This document shows positions 38,053-47,896 of a stretch of DNA of 64,000 bases, one piece after another. This DNA is from Betaproteobacteria bacterium. GTDB taxonomy: Bacteria; Pseudomonadota; Gammaproteobacteria; Burkholderiales; CAIKXV01. The stretch's first letter is position 1, and the number at the start of each line of letters is the position of its first letter. A program made the translations under genes and the position numbers. The notes under the pieces were generated by a model. That model saw only the letters and a program-made list of their open reading frames with translations. It was not told the DNA's origin and did no database searches. Location of the stretch: the NCBI GenBank assembly GCA_947458265.1, contig CANGYF010000002.1, positions 121,797 through 185,796 on the forward strand, read 5' to 3'.

Positions 38053-39048
38053 AAGGCCGAGCTGCTTCACGACCTTCGCATAGCGCTCCACGTCGTGGCG
38101 CAGCACCTTGTCGAACTCGGCCGGGCTCATCGGCGTCGGCTCGATCGCCAGCGCGTTCATCCGTTCCCGCACGTCGGGTGCGTTGAGCGCGCGGTTGATT
38201 TCGGCATTCAGGCGGTTCACCACCGGTGCCGGCGTCCCGGCCGGCGCGAGGAAGGCGATCCAGGTGTAGTCGGCGAACCCGGGGTATCCGAGTTCGGCCA
38301 CGGTGGGCACGTCGGGCAGTGCGGCGGAGCGCCTGGCGCTGGTCACCGCGATCGGCCGGATCTTGCCCGACTGCGACAGGGGCACGGCAGGAGGCATGGA
38401 GGTGCTGCCGATCGGCACCTGGCCACCCAGGACGGCGGTGACCGCGGCTGCAGGCGTGTGCGGCACGTGCGTGATGTCGACGTTGTTCAGTTGCCGGAAC
38501 AGCACCTCAGCCGCAAGGTGCGTGGTCGTTCCAGTGCCCGACGATGCATAGCTGAGCCGTTCGGTGCGGGCCAGCGCCAGCAGTTCCTTCAGGCTGGTCG
38601 CCTTGACCGATGGATGCACGAACAGGATGTTCGGCGTGAGGGTCGCCATCGCCACCGGCGCGAAATCGCGGATCGCGAAGCCCGGCCGCGAGAACAGGCT
38701 CACGTTCACCGCGAACGCGACGCTGGTACCGAGCAGCACATGGCCATCGGGCGCCGACTTCGCCACGATCTGCGCGCCGATGTTGCCGCCTGCCCCGCCC
38801 CGGTTGTCGATCACCACCGGCTGGCCGAAAGCATCGGCCAGCCGGGGCTGCACCAGCCGCGCGATGGTGTCGGTGGTCGCTCCTGGCGGGAACGCCACGA
38901 CCAGCCGCAATGGCCGCGACGGGAACGTCTGGGTCTGCGCCTGGGCCTGGGCCTGAGCCTGGGACACGGCGATCGTGCCCGCCAGCGGCAGCAGGATGGC
39001 GATGGCTCTGGCCGTCGCCCGCATCATTGCAGGGGCTTTCGAATGCAT
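38041..39048 (-). CDS. Bug/TctC substrate-binding protein
   Basis: FPSRPLRLVVAFPPG, DNRGGAGG, PDGHVLL, VPTVAELG; GGAGGAG RBS before ATG 39048. Confidence 0.92.
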   Translation of the reverse strand: MHSKAPAMMRATARAIAILLPLAGTIAVSQAQAQAQAQTQTFPSRPLRLVVAFPPGATTDTIARLVQPRLADAFGQPVVIDNRGGAGGNIGAQIVAKSAPDGHVLLGTSVAFAVNVSLFSRPGFAIRDFAPVAMATLTPNILFVHPSVKATSLKELLALARTERLSYASSGTGTTTHLAAEVLFRQLNNVDITHVPHTPAAAVTAVLGGQVPIGSTSMPPAVPLSQSGKIRPIAVTSARRSAALPDVPTVAELGYPGFADYTWIAFLAPAGTPAPVVNRLNAEINRALNAPDVRERMNALAIEPTPMSPAEFDKVLRHDVERYAKVVKQLGLKAD

Positions 39049-39154
39049 GCTTTCTCCTCCCGGGAGCCATCCGCGCAGGCGCGGGTGGCTGCTGTCGTCG
39101 TGGCCGTCGTCGTGGCCGTGGTTACGGTCGTGGTCGTGGTCGCCGCTGCGGCTG

Positions 39155-39826
39155 TCACAGCAGCGTGCACATCTCGTCGAAAGACAACCGGGGCAGCCGC
39201 GGCGGCAATGCAGCGACGTCGCCATAGCCGAGGTTGACCATGAAATTCGACTTGAAGGTCGTGTCGTGGAAGAAGACTTCATCCACCTTGGCATTGTCGA
39301 AGCCGGACATCGGCCCTACATCGAGACCGAGCGCCCGCGCCGCGATCATCAGCCACGCACCCTGCAGGGTGCTGTTGCGCAGCGCATAAGGCTCCGCCGC
39401 ATCCGGATGGGTCCGGAAATGGGTCGCATGGTCGCCTGCCGGGAACAGCCGCGACAGGTGCTCGTAGAACAGCGTGTCGTAGGCGATCACCGCGGTCACC
39501 GGCGCCTCGCGCACCTTCGCCACGTTGCCCGCATCCAGGGTCGGGATCAGCCGGGCCTTGCCTTCGCGGCTGCGGATGAACAGGATGCGCGCCGGGCTGC
39601 AGTTGGCGCTGGTCGGACCCCACTTCATCATGTCGTGCAACTGGTGCAGCAGGTCGTCGCCGACCTCGCGCGAGAGCCACATCTTGTGCGAGCGTGCACC
39701 GGTCAGCAGCCCCGCCACCGCCGCCTGCAGGGCCGCCGGGCTGAGCGCTGCGAAGCGCGCCCGCACCGCGAGGGCCTCGGACACGGCCTGCTCCTTCTGC
39801 TCGTCGGTGTTCATGTGCAGGCTCAT
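39155..39826 (-). CDS. RutE-like nitroreductase (malonic semialdehyde reductase family)
   Basis: GPTSANCSPAR, RNSTLQGAW, ARALGLDVGPMSGFD, NLGYG, PRLPRLSF. Confidence 0.88.
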   Translation of the reverse strand: MSLHMNTDEQKEQAVSEALAVRARFAALSPAALQAAVAGLLTGARSHKMWLSREVGDDLLHQLHDMMKWGPTSANCSPARILFIRSREGKARLIPTLDAGNVAKVREAPVTAVIAYDTLFYEHLSRLFPAGDHATHFRTHPDAAEPYALRNSTLQGAWLMIAARALGLDVGPMSGFDNAKVDEVFFHDTTFKSNFMVNLGYGDVAALPPRLPRLSFDEMCTLL

Positions 39827-40737
39827 GATGCTGCCTCAAGCGTACGCGCCTCCCGGGCGCGGATCTTCTCGTGCCGGCGCAGCAGCTTCTCGGCGCGCAC
39901 GACGATCGGGATGTCGATCATCTTGCCGTCGATCTGGAACGAACCCCGGCCCTCGGCCGCGTACTTCGCGTTCATCTCGATCACCTTGCGTGCGAACTCG
40001 ACCTCTGCGGCCGCCGGCGAATACTCGGCGTTGACGATCTTCACCTGCCCGGGATGGATGCAGCCCGCACCGTCGAAGCCGAAGCGGCGCGACTTGCGCA
40101 CCATCGCCGCGAACCTGTCCCAGTCGCTGAAGTCGGCGACCGTGCCGATGAAGCCCAGCGGCATCACGCCGGCGGCCCGCGCGGCGATGATCATCCGCTG
40201 CTTCGGGTGCAGCAGCACGTCCTCGTCCGGCAGCATGTCGCAGTTGAGCGCGAAGTCCTCGCCACCGATGTTCATCGCCACCACCCGCGGGCAGGCGCGC
40301 GGGATCTCGTCGATGCGCTGGAAGGCATCGGGCGTCTCGATCATAGTGATGAACTTCGTGTGTCCCACCGTCATGCCGCGCTTGAGCTCGAGCTCGCTCA
40401 CCAGCTCGTCGAGCAGCCGCACGTGCGAGGCGCTGTCGGCCTTGGTGATCGCCAGGCCGTCGACGTCCGGGCAGATCGAATGCTCGATGTCGCGCACGGC
40501 CAGCGACAGCGGCTGGTTGATCCGTACCACCACGTCCGAGCCACCCTGGCGCACCCGCGCCGCGTTCTTTTCGACCAGCGTGCGGGCGTTCGCCTTCTCG
40601 CCCGGCGGCACTGCGTCCTCCAGGTCGAGCTGGATCACGTCGGCCGCGCGGGTATGCGCCTTGTCGACGAACTTCTCGACGTTGACCGGCACGTAGAGCA
40701 GCGATCGCCAGACCGGCAGTTCATCCTGGGTTTGCAT
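39823..40737 (-). CDS. CitE/HpcH family acyl-CoA lyase
   Basis: RSLLYVP, LDLEDAV, VRIN, IET, GGED, IHPGQV, GKMID.P. Confidence 0.9.
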   Translation of the reverse strand: MQTQDELPVWRSLLYVPVNVEKFVDKAHTRAADVIQLDLEDAVPPGEKANARTLVEKNAARVRQGGSDVVVRINQPLSLAVRDIEHSICPDVDGLAITKADSASHVRLLDELVSELELKRGMTVGHTKFITMIETPDAFQRIDEIPRACPRVVAMNIGGEDFALNCDMLPDEDVLLHPKQRMIIAARAAGVMPLGFIGTVADFSDWDRFAAMVRKSRRFGFDGAGCIHPGQVKIVNAEYSPAAAEVEFARKVIEMNAKYAAEGRGSFQIDGKMIDIPIVVRAEKLLRRHEKIRAREARTLEAAS

Positions 40738-40772
40738 CGGTTGTCTCCTGTTCGTTGATCTCGGGTCCCGCA

Positions 40773-42044
40773 TCAGGTCCTGGCCGCGGGGTCGACCAGC
40801 GCGCCGCAGGCGCGCAGTGCAGCGATCCGGCCGGGCGGGAAGCCCGCCGCCGAGAGTATCTCGTCATTGTGCTCGCCCAGCGCCGGCGCAGGCAGTCTGA
40901 TGGCACCCGGCGTGCCGGACAGCCGCGGCACGACGCAGTGCATCGGCACCTGGCCCATGTCGGCATCGGGATAGTCCGCCAGCACTTCGCGCTCGACCAC
41001 GTACGGGTCCTGCATGATCTGGGAAATGTCGTAGATCGGGCCGACGGTGACCTGCTCCCGATCGAAGAACGCGAGGTTCTCGTCGAGCGTCATGCCGGCG
41101 ATGAAGGTGCCGATCACCGCGTCCAGTTCAGCCGAGTGGCGCAGGCGATCGGCGTTGGTGCGAAAGCGCGGGTCGTCCACCAGGTCGGCGCGACCGATCG
41201 CGCGCAGCACCCGCTCGGCCATCGCCTGGGTCGAAGCCGACAGGCAGACCCAGCGATCGTCGCGGGTGCGATAGGCATTGCGCGGTGCAGCCGTGGTCGA
41301 GCGGCTGCCGGTGCGGCTGCGCAGGCGGCCGCTCGCGCGATAGCTGGCGGCCTGCGGTCCCATCACCGAGAACAGCGGATCGAACAGCGAGACATCGATC
41401 GACTGCCCGGCGCCGCCGCCTACCTCGACCTCGCGCAGCGCGACCATGGTCGCGAAGGCGCCATACAGGCCCGCGGTGCAGTCGGCGAGCTGCATCGGCG
41501 GCAGCACCGGCTCACGATCCTCGAAACCGTTCAGGGCGGCAAAGCCGGACATGCCTTCGGCCAGCGTACCGAAGCCCGGCTTGTGCCGGTAGGGCCCGTC
41601 CTGGCCCCAGCCGGTCACGCGCACCAGCACCAGCTTGGGATTGCGCGCATGCAGCACCTGCGGCCCGAGGCCCATCTTCTCGAGCGTGCCGGGACGGAAG
41701 TTCTCGATCAGCACCTGCGCCCCTTCCACCAGCGCCAGCAGGGCCTCGATCGCCTCCGGCCGGCGCAGGTTCAGGCACAGGCTCTTCTTGTTGCGCGCGT
41801 ACACCTTCCAGTTGGTCGGCACGCCGGCCACCAGCCAGTCGCGCAGGGCGTCGCCCTCGGGCGTCTCCACCTTGATGACCTCGGCGCCGAAATCGGCCAG
41901 CGCCAGGCTCACCATGTTGCCGGCCACCACCCGCGACAGGTCGAGCACGCGCACCCCGTGCAACGGGCCGCGGGCACCGGTGGCGAACGGGCGCCGCCTC
42001 AGTGCGCGCGGGGGCGGGGCCTCGCCGCCATGCTCTGCCGCCAT
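40773..42044 (-). CDS. Class III CoA-transferase (CaiB/BaiF)
   Basis: GPLHGVRVLDL, GAEVIKVE, RNKKSL, GWGQDGPY, LADC. Confidence 0.92.
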   Translation of the reverse strand: MAAEHGGEAPPPRALRRRPFATGARGPLHGVRVLDLSRVVAGNMVSLALADFGAEVIKVETPEGDALRDWLVAGVPTNWKVYARNKKSLCLNLRRPEAIEALLALVEGAQVLIENFRPGTLEKMGLGPQVLHARNPKLVLVRVTGWGQDGPYRHKPGFGTLAEGMSGFAALNGFEDREPVLPPMQLADCTAGLYGAFATMVALREVEVGGGAGQSIDVSLFDPLFSVMGPQAASYRASGRLRSRTGSRSTTAAPRNAYRTRDDRWVCLSASTQAMAERVLRAIGRADLVDDPRFRTNADRLRHSAELDAVIGTFIAGMTLDENLAFFDREQVTVGPIYDISQIMQDPYVVEREVLADYPDADMGQVPMHCVVPRLSGTPGAIRLPAPALGEHNDEILSAAGFPPGRIAALRACGALVDPAART

Positions 42045-42049
42045 CGCGC

Positions 42050-43054
42050 TCAGTCCGGCCGGATCGCCGCGTCGCGGGCCACCGAGCGCCAGAACAGGAT
42101 CTCCTCGCGCACGATGCGCGCGAAGGCCTCGGGCGTGGTACCGGCAGGCTCCGCACCTTCGGCGGCAAGACGGTCCCGCATCTCGGCCGTCTGCAGGACC
42201 TTGACCGTCTCGGCATTGAGCCGGTCGATGATCGGCCTGGGCGTACCGCCGGGGGCGAACAGGCCCCACCAGAGCACGGCCGCATAGCCGGGCACCCCGG
42301 ACTCGGCGATCGTCGGCACGTCGGGCACGAACGGCGAACGCGCCGGCGTCGATACCGCCAGCGCCCGCACCCGGCCGGACTTCACCTGCGGCATCACGTT
42401 AGGGATGCCGGACAGCAGGAACTGGATCTGCCCGCCCATCAGGTCGGCCAGTGCCGGGCCGATGCCCTTGTACGGCACGTGCACCGTCTGCACCTTCGCC
42501 ATCCGGTTGAGCACCTCGGTGGCCAGGTGGTTGACGCCGCCGCTGCCGGAGGAGCCATAGTTGAGCGCGCCGGGCTTGGCACGGGCCAGCGCGATCAGTT
42601 CCTGCATCGTCTTCGCCGGGGACTCGGCGGACACCGTGATCATAAGCGCCCCCATGCCGAGCCGGGTGACCGGTGCGATGTCCCGGAAGGGATCGAACGG
42701 TACCTTCGACTGGATCGCGACGTTGGTGGTGAACGACGTCGAGTGGATCATCAGGTTGTAGCCGTCCGGCGGTGCCTTGGCGACGATGCCCGCGCCGAGC
42801 AGGCCTCCGGCCCCCGGGCGGTTGTCGATCAGGACCGGCTGGCCCATCGCCTCGCTCAGCCGCTGCCCGACGATGCGCCCGAAGATATCGTTGCTGCCGC
42901 CGGGCGTGAACGGGATCACGAAGCGCAACGGACGGTTGGGGTACGGCTGGGCGGACTGGGCCTGCGCCACGCCTGCCGATAGCAGCACGGACGACAGCAA
43001 CAAGGGCAGCAGCCGGCGCGACGCCCGCAAGGGACGGGCTTGACCAGTGATCAT
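42050..43054 (-). CDS. Bug/TctC substrate-binding protein
   Basis: YPNRPLRFVIPFTPGG, DNRPGAGG, HVPYKG, VPTIAE. Confidence 0.93.
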   Translation of the reverse strand: MITGQARPLRASRRLLPLLLSSVLLSAGVAQAQSAQPYPNRPLRFVIPFTPGGSNDIFGRIVGQRLSEAMGQPVLIDNRPGAGGLLGAGIVAKAPPDGYNLMIHSTSFTTNVAIQSKVPFDPFRDIAPVTRLGMGALMITVSAESPAKTMQELIALARAKPGALNYGSSGSGGVNHLATEVLNRMAKVQTVHVPYKGIGPALADLMGGQIQFLLSGIPNVMPQVKSGRVRALAVSTPARSPFVPDVPTIAESGVPGYAAVLWWGLFAPGGTPRPIIDRLNAETVKVLQTAEMRDRLAAEGAEPAGTTPEAFARIVREEILFWRSVARDAAIRPD

Positions 43055-43217
43055 CGGGACTCCTTCGGGCGGATCCGGCGCGGTCCGTACGCTGCGGACC
43101 GGCGGCGAAGCCAGATGCTATCGCGTCCGCCGCCGTTGCGCGCGCGATGGAGGCCGGCGGCGACACATGGACCTCTGCGTTACCATCGCGCCACGATAAC
43201 GGGAAGCGGATGTACGG

Positions 43218-44105
43218 ATGCCCTTCGAAGGCTTTGCGCAAGCGCGGATCACCACCTCAGACCCCGGCGTCGAGATCAACGTGCGCCACGGTGGCAACGG
43301 CCCGCCCCTGCTCCTGCTGCATGGCAACCCGCTGTCGCACCATTCCTGGCACCGCATCGCCGACCGGCTCGCCCGTCGCTTCACCGTCGTCGCCACCGAC
43401 CTGCGCGGCTATGGCGACAGTTCCAAGCCGCGCGGCCTGCCCGACCACTCGAACTACACCTTCGGGCGCATGGCACTCGACCAGGTCGAGGTGATGGCTG
43501 CGCTCGGCTTCGACCGCTTCCAGGTGGCCGGGCACGACCGCGGTGCGCGCGTGGCGTTCCGGATGGCGCTCGACCATCCAGACCGCGTCAGCCGCGTCGC
43601 CTTCATGGACATCCTGCCGACCCACCATGTGTTCGCCCACAGCACCCGGGAATGGGGACTGAATTCCTACCACTGGTTCTTCATGGCGCAGCCCTACGAT
43701 TTCCCGGAGCGGCTGCTGGCGGGCAACGAGGCGTACTACATCCGCAGGAAGCTGATGAAGCAGGGCGTGGGCAAGGGCGGCTTCTCCGAGGAGGAGGTGC
43801 TCGAGTACATTCGGGTCTGCACGCCTGAGCAGATCCACGGGGTCTGCTCCGACTACCGGGCGACCGCGTTCGTCGACTACGAAGTCGACCGCGAGGCGTT
43901 CGAACGCGGCATCCGCGTCCAGCAGCCGGCGCTGGTGCTGTGGGGCGAGCACAGCCATACGCAGAAGTACTATTCCCCCGCCGACGTGTGGCCGCGCTAT
44001 GCGGCACGCATCGAGCGGACAGTCGCCCTGCCCTGCGGCCATTATCCGAACGAACAGAGCCCGGAAGAGACCCTGCGCGAACTGGACGGCTTCTTCGAAG
44101 CCTGA
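43218..44105 (+). CDS. Alpha/beta hydrolase, haloacetate (fluoroacetate) dehalogenase-like
   Basis: DLRGYGDS.KP, GHDRGARV, DILPT, YHWFF, DYRA, CGHY. Confidence 0.85.
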   Translation: MPFEGFAQARITTSDPGVEINVRHGGNGPPLLLLHGNPLSHHSWHRIADRLARRFTVVATDLRGYGDSSKPRGLPDHSNYTFGRMALDQVEVMAALGFDRFQVAGHDRGARVAFRMALDHPDRVSRVAFMDILPTHHVFAHSTREWGLNSYHWFFMAQPYDFPERLLAGNEAYYIRRKLMKQGVGKGGFSEEEVLEYIRVCTPEQIHGVCSDYRATAFVDYEVDREAFERGIRVQQPALVLWGEHSHTQKYYSPADVWPRYAARIERTVALPCGHYPNEQSPEETLRELDGFFEA

Positions 44106-44235
44106 GCAGACAGCCCGCGCTGGCGGCCTGCATGCTCTGGCAGGCGCTCTGCGCAACCGACGAGGACGTGGCAAGCTGGCGCTGACGCCGGCGCACCGCG
44201 CCGGCCCTCACGAACTTTTTTCCCAGGAGATGGAC

Positions 44236-45456
44236 ATGGCGGGAGGCCCGCTCGAAGGCGTGCGCATCATCGATCTAACCTCGGTCGTGGTCGGGCCGCT
44301 CTGCACGCGCACCCTGGCCGACTACGGCGCGGACGTCATCAAGGTCGAGAGCCCGGCGGGCGACCTCGGCCGCAACATCGGCGGCCGGGGCCGGACCGAG
44401 AACATGGGGCCCAAGTTCCTGCACCTGAACCGGAACAAGCGCAGCGTGGTGCTCGACCTGAAGAAGCCGGCCGGACGCGAGGCGCTGCTGAAGCTGGTCG
44501 AGACCGCCGACGTGCTGCTCTGGAACGTGCGCCCGGACTCGATGGCGCGCATGCAGCTGTCCTACGAGGACGTGCGCAGGGTGAATCCGAAGATCATCTA
44601 CTGCGGCATGTTCGGCTTCGGGCAGGACGGACAGTACCGGTCCAAGCCCGCTTACGACACGATCATCCAGGGCTCTAGCGGCCTGTCGGCGCTGCTGCAC
44701 CGAGCCGTGGGCGAGCCGCGCTACGTGCCGATCGTCATGTGCGACCGGACGGTCGGACTGATCGCGGTGCAGATGATCGTGATGGCGCTGTTCGCGCGCA
44801 CCCGCACCGGCGAAGGCCAATCGATCGAGATCCCGATGTTCGAGAACATGGCCGCCTTCGTGCTCGACGAGCACATGTACCAGGCCACCTTCGATCCGCC
44901 GATCGAGGGTGCACCGACTGACCACGGCGGCACCGGCGACCCGCGGCTGCTCGATCCGGACGGCCGGCCGCTGCCGACCAAGGATGGCTGGGTCTGCGTG
45001 TCGGCGAACACCGACGCGCAGGCCTTCGGTTTCTTCCGCGCGGTCGGCCGGCCGGAACTGATCACCGACCCGCGCTTCTCGTCGGTGGCTGCACGGCACC
45101 GTAACGTGAAGGCGTATTTTGCGATCAGGATCGAGGCGCTGAAGGACAGGACGACGGCCGAGTGGCTGGAGATCCTGGACGCGGCAGACGTGCCGGCCAT
45201 GCCGTACCACACGCTGGAGACCCTGCTCGAGGATCCGCACCTGTCGGAAACCAGGTTCTTCGAATGGAAGGACCATCCGACCGAGGGACGGATCCGGAAC
45301 ATGCGGGTGCCCAACAAGCTGAGCGGCGGCGTGCGCAAGGACTACCGTCCGGCACCGAAGCTGGGTGCCGACAGCCGGGAAGTGCTCGCGGAGGCCGGCT
45401 ACGATGCCGCGACGATCGAGCGGATGATCGCCGAGGGGGTCACGCTCGCGCGCTGA
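44236..45456 (+). CDS. Class III CoA-transferase (CaiB/BaiF)
   Basis: GPLEGVRIIDL, GADVIKVE, NRNKRSVVLDLK, GFGQDG.Y, MCDR; AGGAG RBS. Confidence 0.92.
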   Translation: MAGGPLEGVRIIDLTSVVVGPLCTRTLADYGADVIKVESPAGDLGRNIGGRGRTENMGPKFLHLNRNKRSVVLDLKKPAGREALLKLVETADVLLWNVRPDSMARMQLSYEDVRRVNPKIIYCGMFGFGQDGQYRSKPAYDTIIQGSSGLSALLHRAVGEPRYVPIVMCDRTVGLIAVQMIVMALFARTRTGEGQSIEIPMFENMAAFVLDEHMYQATFDPPIEGAPTDHGGTGDPRLLDPDGRPLPTKDGWVCVSANTDAQAFGFFRAVGRPELITDPRFSSVAARHRNVKAYFAIRIEALKDRTTAEWLEILDAADVPAMPYHTLETLLEDPHLSETRFFEWKDHPTEGRIRNMRVPNKLSGGVRKDYRPAPKLGADSREVLAEAGYDAATIERMIAEGVTLAR

Positions 45457-45561
45457 TCGGCGCGGTGACGGGAAGCCGGATCATGCCGCAAGCGTCGGGT
45501 GGGTCCAGCCTGCGATTACGAATCGCACCAGACCGCACCCGCGCATCCGTCCGGGGTCTGG

Positions 45562-46563
45562 TCAGTCCGGCTTGACGCCTGCCGCCTTGACCAGCTTCGA
45601 CCACTTCGCAATCTCGGCCTTGATGTAGGCGCCGAACGCCTCCGGCGTGCTCGGGGTCGGCTCCAGACCTTGGGAGAAATAGAACTCGCGCAGGTTCTGC
45701 GTGCCGAGGATCTTCACCGTCTCGGCGTTCAGCCGGTCGATGATCGGTTTCGGCGTCTTCGCCGGCGCCAGCAGGCCGTACCAGTTGTTCGCCTCGTAGC
45801 CCGGCAATGCCGCTTCCGCGATGGTCGGCAGGTCGGGCAGCATGCCGGCCCGGGTGGCAGTGGTCACGGCCAGGCCGCGGATCTTGCCGGCCTTGATCTG
45901 CGGGATGGCAGTGGCCGCGGTCGCGAACACCATCTGCACCTCGCCGCCGAGCAGTGCGCTCATCGCAGGCGCCCCGCCCTTGTAGGGGATGTGCGTCATG
46001 TCCGTCTTCGTCATGTGCTCCATCAACACGCCGGACAGGTGTCCTGCACTGCCCACCCCGGAAGATCCGTAGTTCAGGCTGCCACCCTTCGCGCGCAGCA
46101 GCCCGACCAGGTCCTTGACGGTCTTCGCGGGCACTGACGGGTGGACCACCAGGACGTTGATCGACGAGGCCATGTTGGTGATCGGCGAGAAGTCGCGCAC
46201 CGGATCGAAGCTGAGCTTCTCGTAGATCGACGGGTTGATCGCCAGCGCGGCGATGGTGCCGACCAGCAGCGAATAGCCGTCGGCATTCGAGCGGGAAGCG
46301 ATCTCGGTGGCGATGTTGCCGCCTGCGCCCGGGCGGTTGTCGACCACGAACTGCTGGCCGAGGACCTCGGACAGGCGCTGCGCCACCGGGCGTGCGGCGG
46401 TGTCCGCGCCACCACCGGGGGCGAAGCCGACCAGCATGCGCACCGGCCGATCCGGGTAGGCCGGTGCCTTCTGCTGCGCATGGACGACAGCGGGAAGGCC
46501 TGCCAGTGCGATCGCCAGGCCGGCCAGCGCCGGGGTGCCGCTCGTGGATCGAGTCTTGGTCAT
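45562..46563 (-). CDS. Bug/TctC substrate-binding protein
   Basis: YPDRPVRMLVGFAPGG, DNRPGAGG, HIPYKG; AAGGAG RBS. Confidence 0.93.
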   Translation of the reverse strand: MTKTRSTSGTPALAGLAIALAGLPAVVHAQQKAPAYPDRPVRMLVGFAPGGGADTAARPVAQRLSEVLGQQFVVDNRPGAGGNIATEIASRSNADGYSLLVGTIAALAINPSIYEKLSFDPVRDFSPITNMASSINVLVVHPSVPAKTVKDLVGLLRAKGGSLNYGSSGVGSAGHLSGVLMEHMTKTDMTHIPYKGGAPAMSALLGGEVQMVFATAATAIPQIKAGKIRGLAVTTATRAGMLPDLPTIAEAALPGYEANNWYGLLAPAKTPKPIIDRLNAETVKILGTQNLREFYFSQGLEPTPSTPEAFGAYIKAEIAKWSKLVKAAGVKPD

Positions 46564-46575
46564 CAGGATCTCCTT

Positions 46576-46656
46576 CGGTTGTAGTGCCATCCGGTTGGGG
46601 TGCATCCGGTTCTGTTCCGTCCGGTTCGTCTGCCGGGGGTACGGTTGCGGCCGGTT
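46576..46656. repeat. Degenerate intergenic repeat with six CGGTT/AACCG units
   Basis: CGGTT at 46576, 46592, 46607, 46622, 46642, 46652. Confidence 0.45.
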
Positions 46657-47699
46657 CAGCGTGCAGCGGCCTTGCGCGAGGCGGCGAGCCGGGCATTGAT
46701 CTCCATCGCGGCCTCCATCGCGCCGCTGCCGGCCTTGTGCTGGCCGACGATGTCGAAGGCCGTGCCATGGGCCGGCGTGGTGAACACCGTGGGCAGGCCC
46801 GCGGTCACGGTCACGCCCTTGTTGAAGCCGAGCAGCTTGGTCGCGATCTGGCCCTGATCGTGGTACATCATGACGACCCCGTCGAACTCGCCCGCACGCG
46901 CCTTGATGAACACGACGTCGGACGACACCGGTCCGACGCAGCCGATGCCCTCGGCGCGCATCTTCTCCACCGTCGGGCGGATGATCGTGATTTCCTCGTC
47001 TCCGAACAGGCCGTTCTCGCCGTTGTGCGGGTTCAGCGCCGCCACGCCGATGCGCGGGGCGGCCACACCCTTGTCGCGCAGCATGCGGTCGGCCAGCCGG
47101 ATCGCATCGGCGACGCGCGGCGGTTGCACCATGTCGACCGCCTTGCGCAGCGAAACATGGGAGGTCACCCGGAACGTGGCGAACTGGTCGATCACGTTCA
47201 TCTCGCCGTAGAACCCCTGGTGCCCGGTGAGCGCGGCGAACATCTGGTGCTCGTCGTGGAAGTTCCAGCCGCCGCGGAACATCGCGCCCTTGTTGAGCGG
47301 TGCGAAGCAGATCCCGTCGAGCCGTCCGGCCAGCGCCAGATCGATCATCGCCTTGAGCGTGTCGCCGGCGAGCTTGCCTGCCTCGGGCGAGGCCTCCGCG
47401 CGCGGCAGGCCGGACGGATCCATGTTGCCCAGGTCGATCAGGGGCGTCGGACCGCCGGGCGCCTCGACCGCGGCCCAGTCGATGTCCTCGACGTTTGCAT
47501 GCACGCGCACCGGGAAGTCGACTTCGGCATCCGCCTGGCCCACGGCCAGCACGCGCGCATCGCCGATCACCACCACCCGGGTGCCAGCAGGCCACGCGCG
47601 GCGGGCGATCATCCGGCACGCGATCTCCGGGCCGATACCGGTCGGGTCGCCGAGCATCAGGCCGATCAGGGGGCGGGTTTCCAGTACCTTGTCAGTCAT
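46656..47699 (-). CDS. PdxA family dehydrogenase (PdxA2-like paralog)
   Basis: GDPTGIGPE, APLNK, TSHV.L, ALNPHNGE, YHDQG, TPAHGTAFDI. Confidence 0.9.
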   Translation of the reverse strand: MTDKVLETRPLIGLMLGDPTGIGPEIACRMIARRAWPAGTRVVVIGDARVLAVGQADAEVDFPVRVHANVEDIDWAAVEAPGGPTPLIDLGNMDPSGLPRAEASPEAGKLAGDTLKAMIDLALAGRLDGICFAPLNKGAMFRGGWNFHDEHQMFAALTGHQGFYGEMNVIDQFATFRVTSHVSLRKAVDMVQPPRVADAIRLADRMLRDKGVAAPRIGVAALNPHNGENGLFGDEEITIIRPTVEKMRAEGIGCVGPVSSDVVFIKARAGEFDGVVMMYHDQGQIATKLLGFNKGVTVTAGLPTVFTTPAHGTAFDIVGQHKAGSGAMEAAMEINARLAASRKAAAR

Positions 47700-47896
47700 G
47701 TCCAGCCTCTTCGTTGGAGCCGGGAAGCGGGTCCGGGCGCAGCCCGGTGCTGTCCGGCAACAGACGCGCCCCGGACAAGCGCCGCGCCGGCCGCAACCAG
47801 GGCAGCAGGCCCGGGACGGCGCAGGCCGCAGGTCCCGAAAGGGCGCGGAGTATGACACGGCACGGCCAGCCCATTCAGGGGCCGGCCGCTGCCCGC

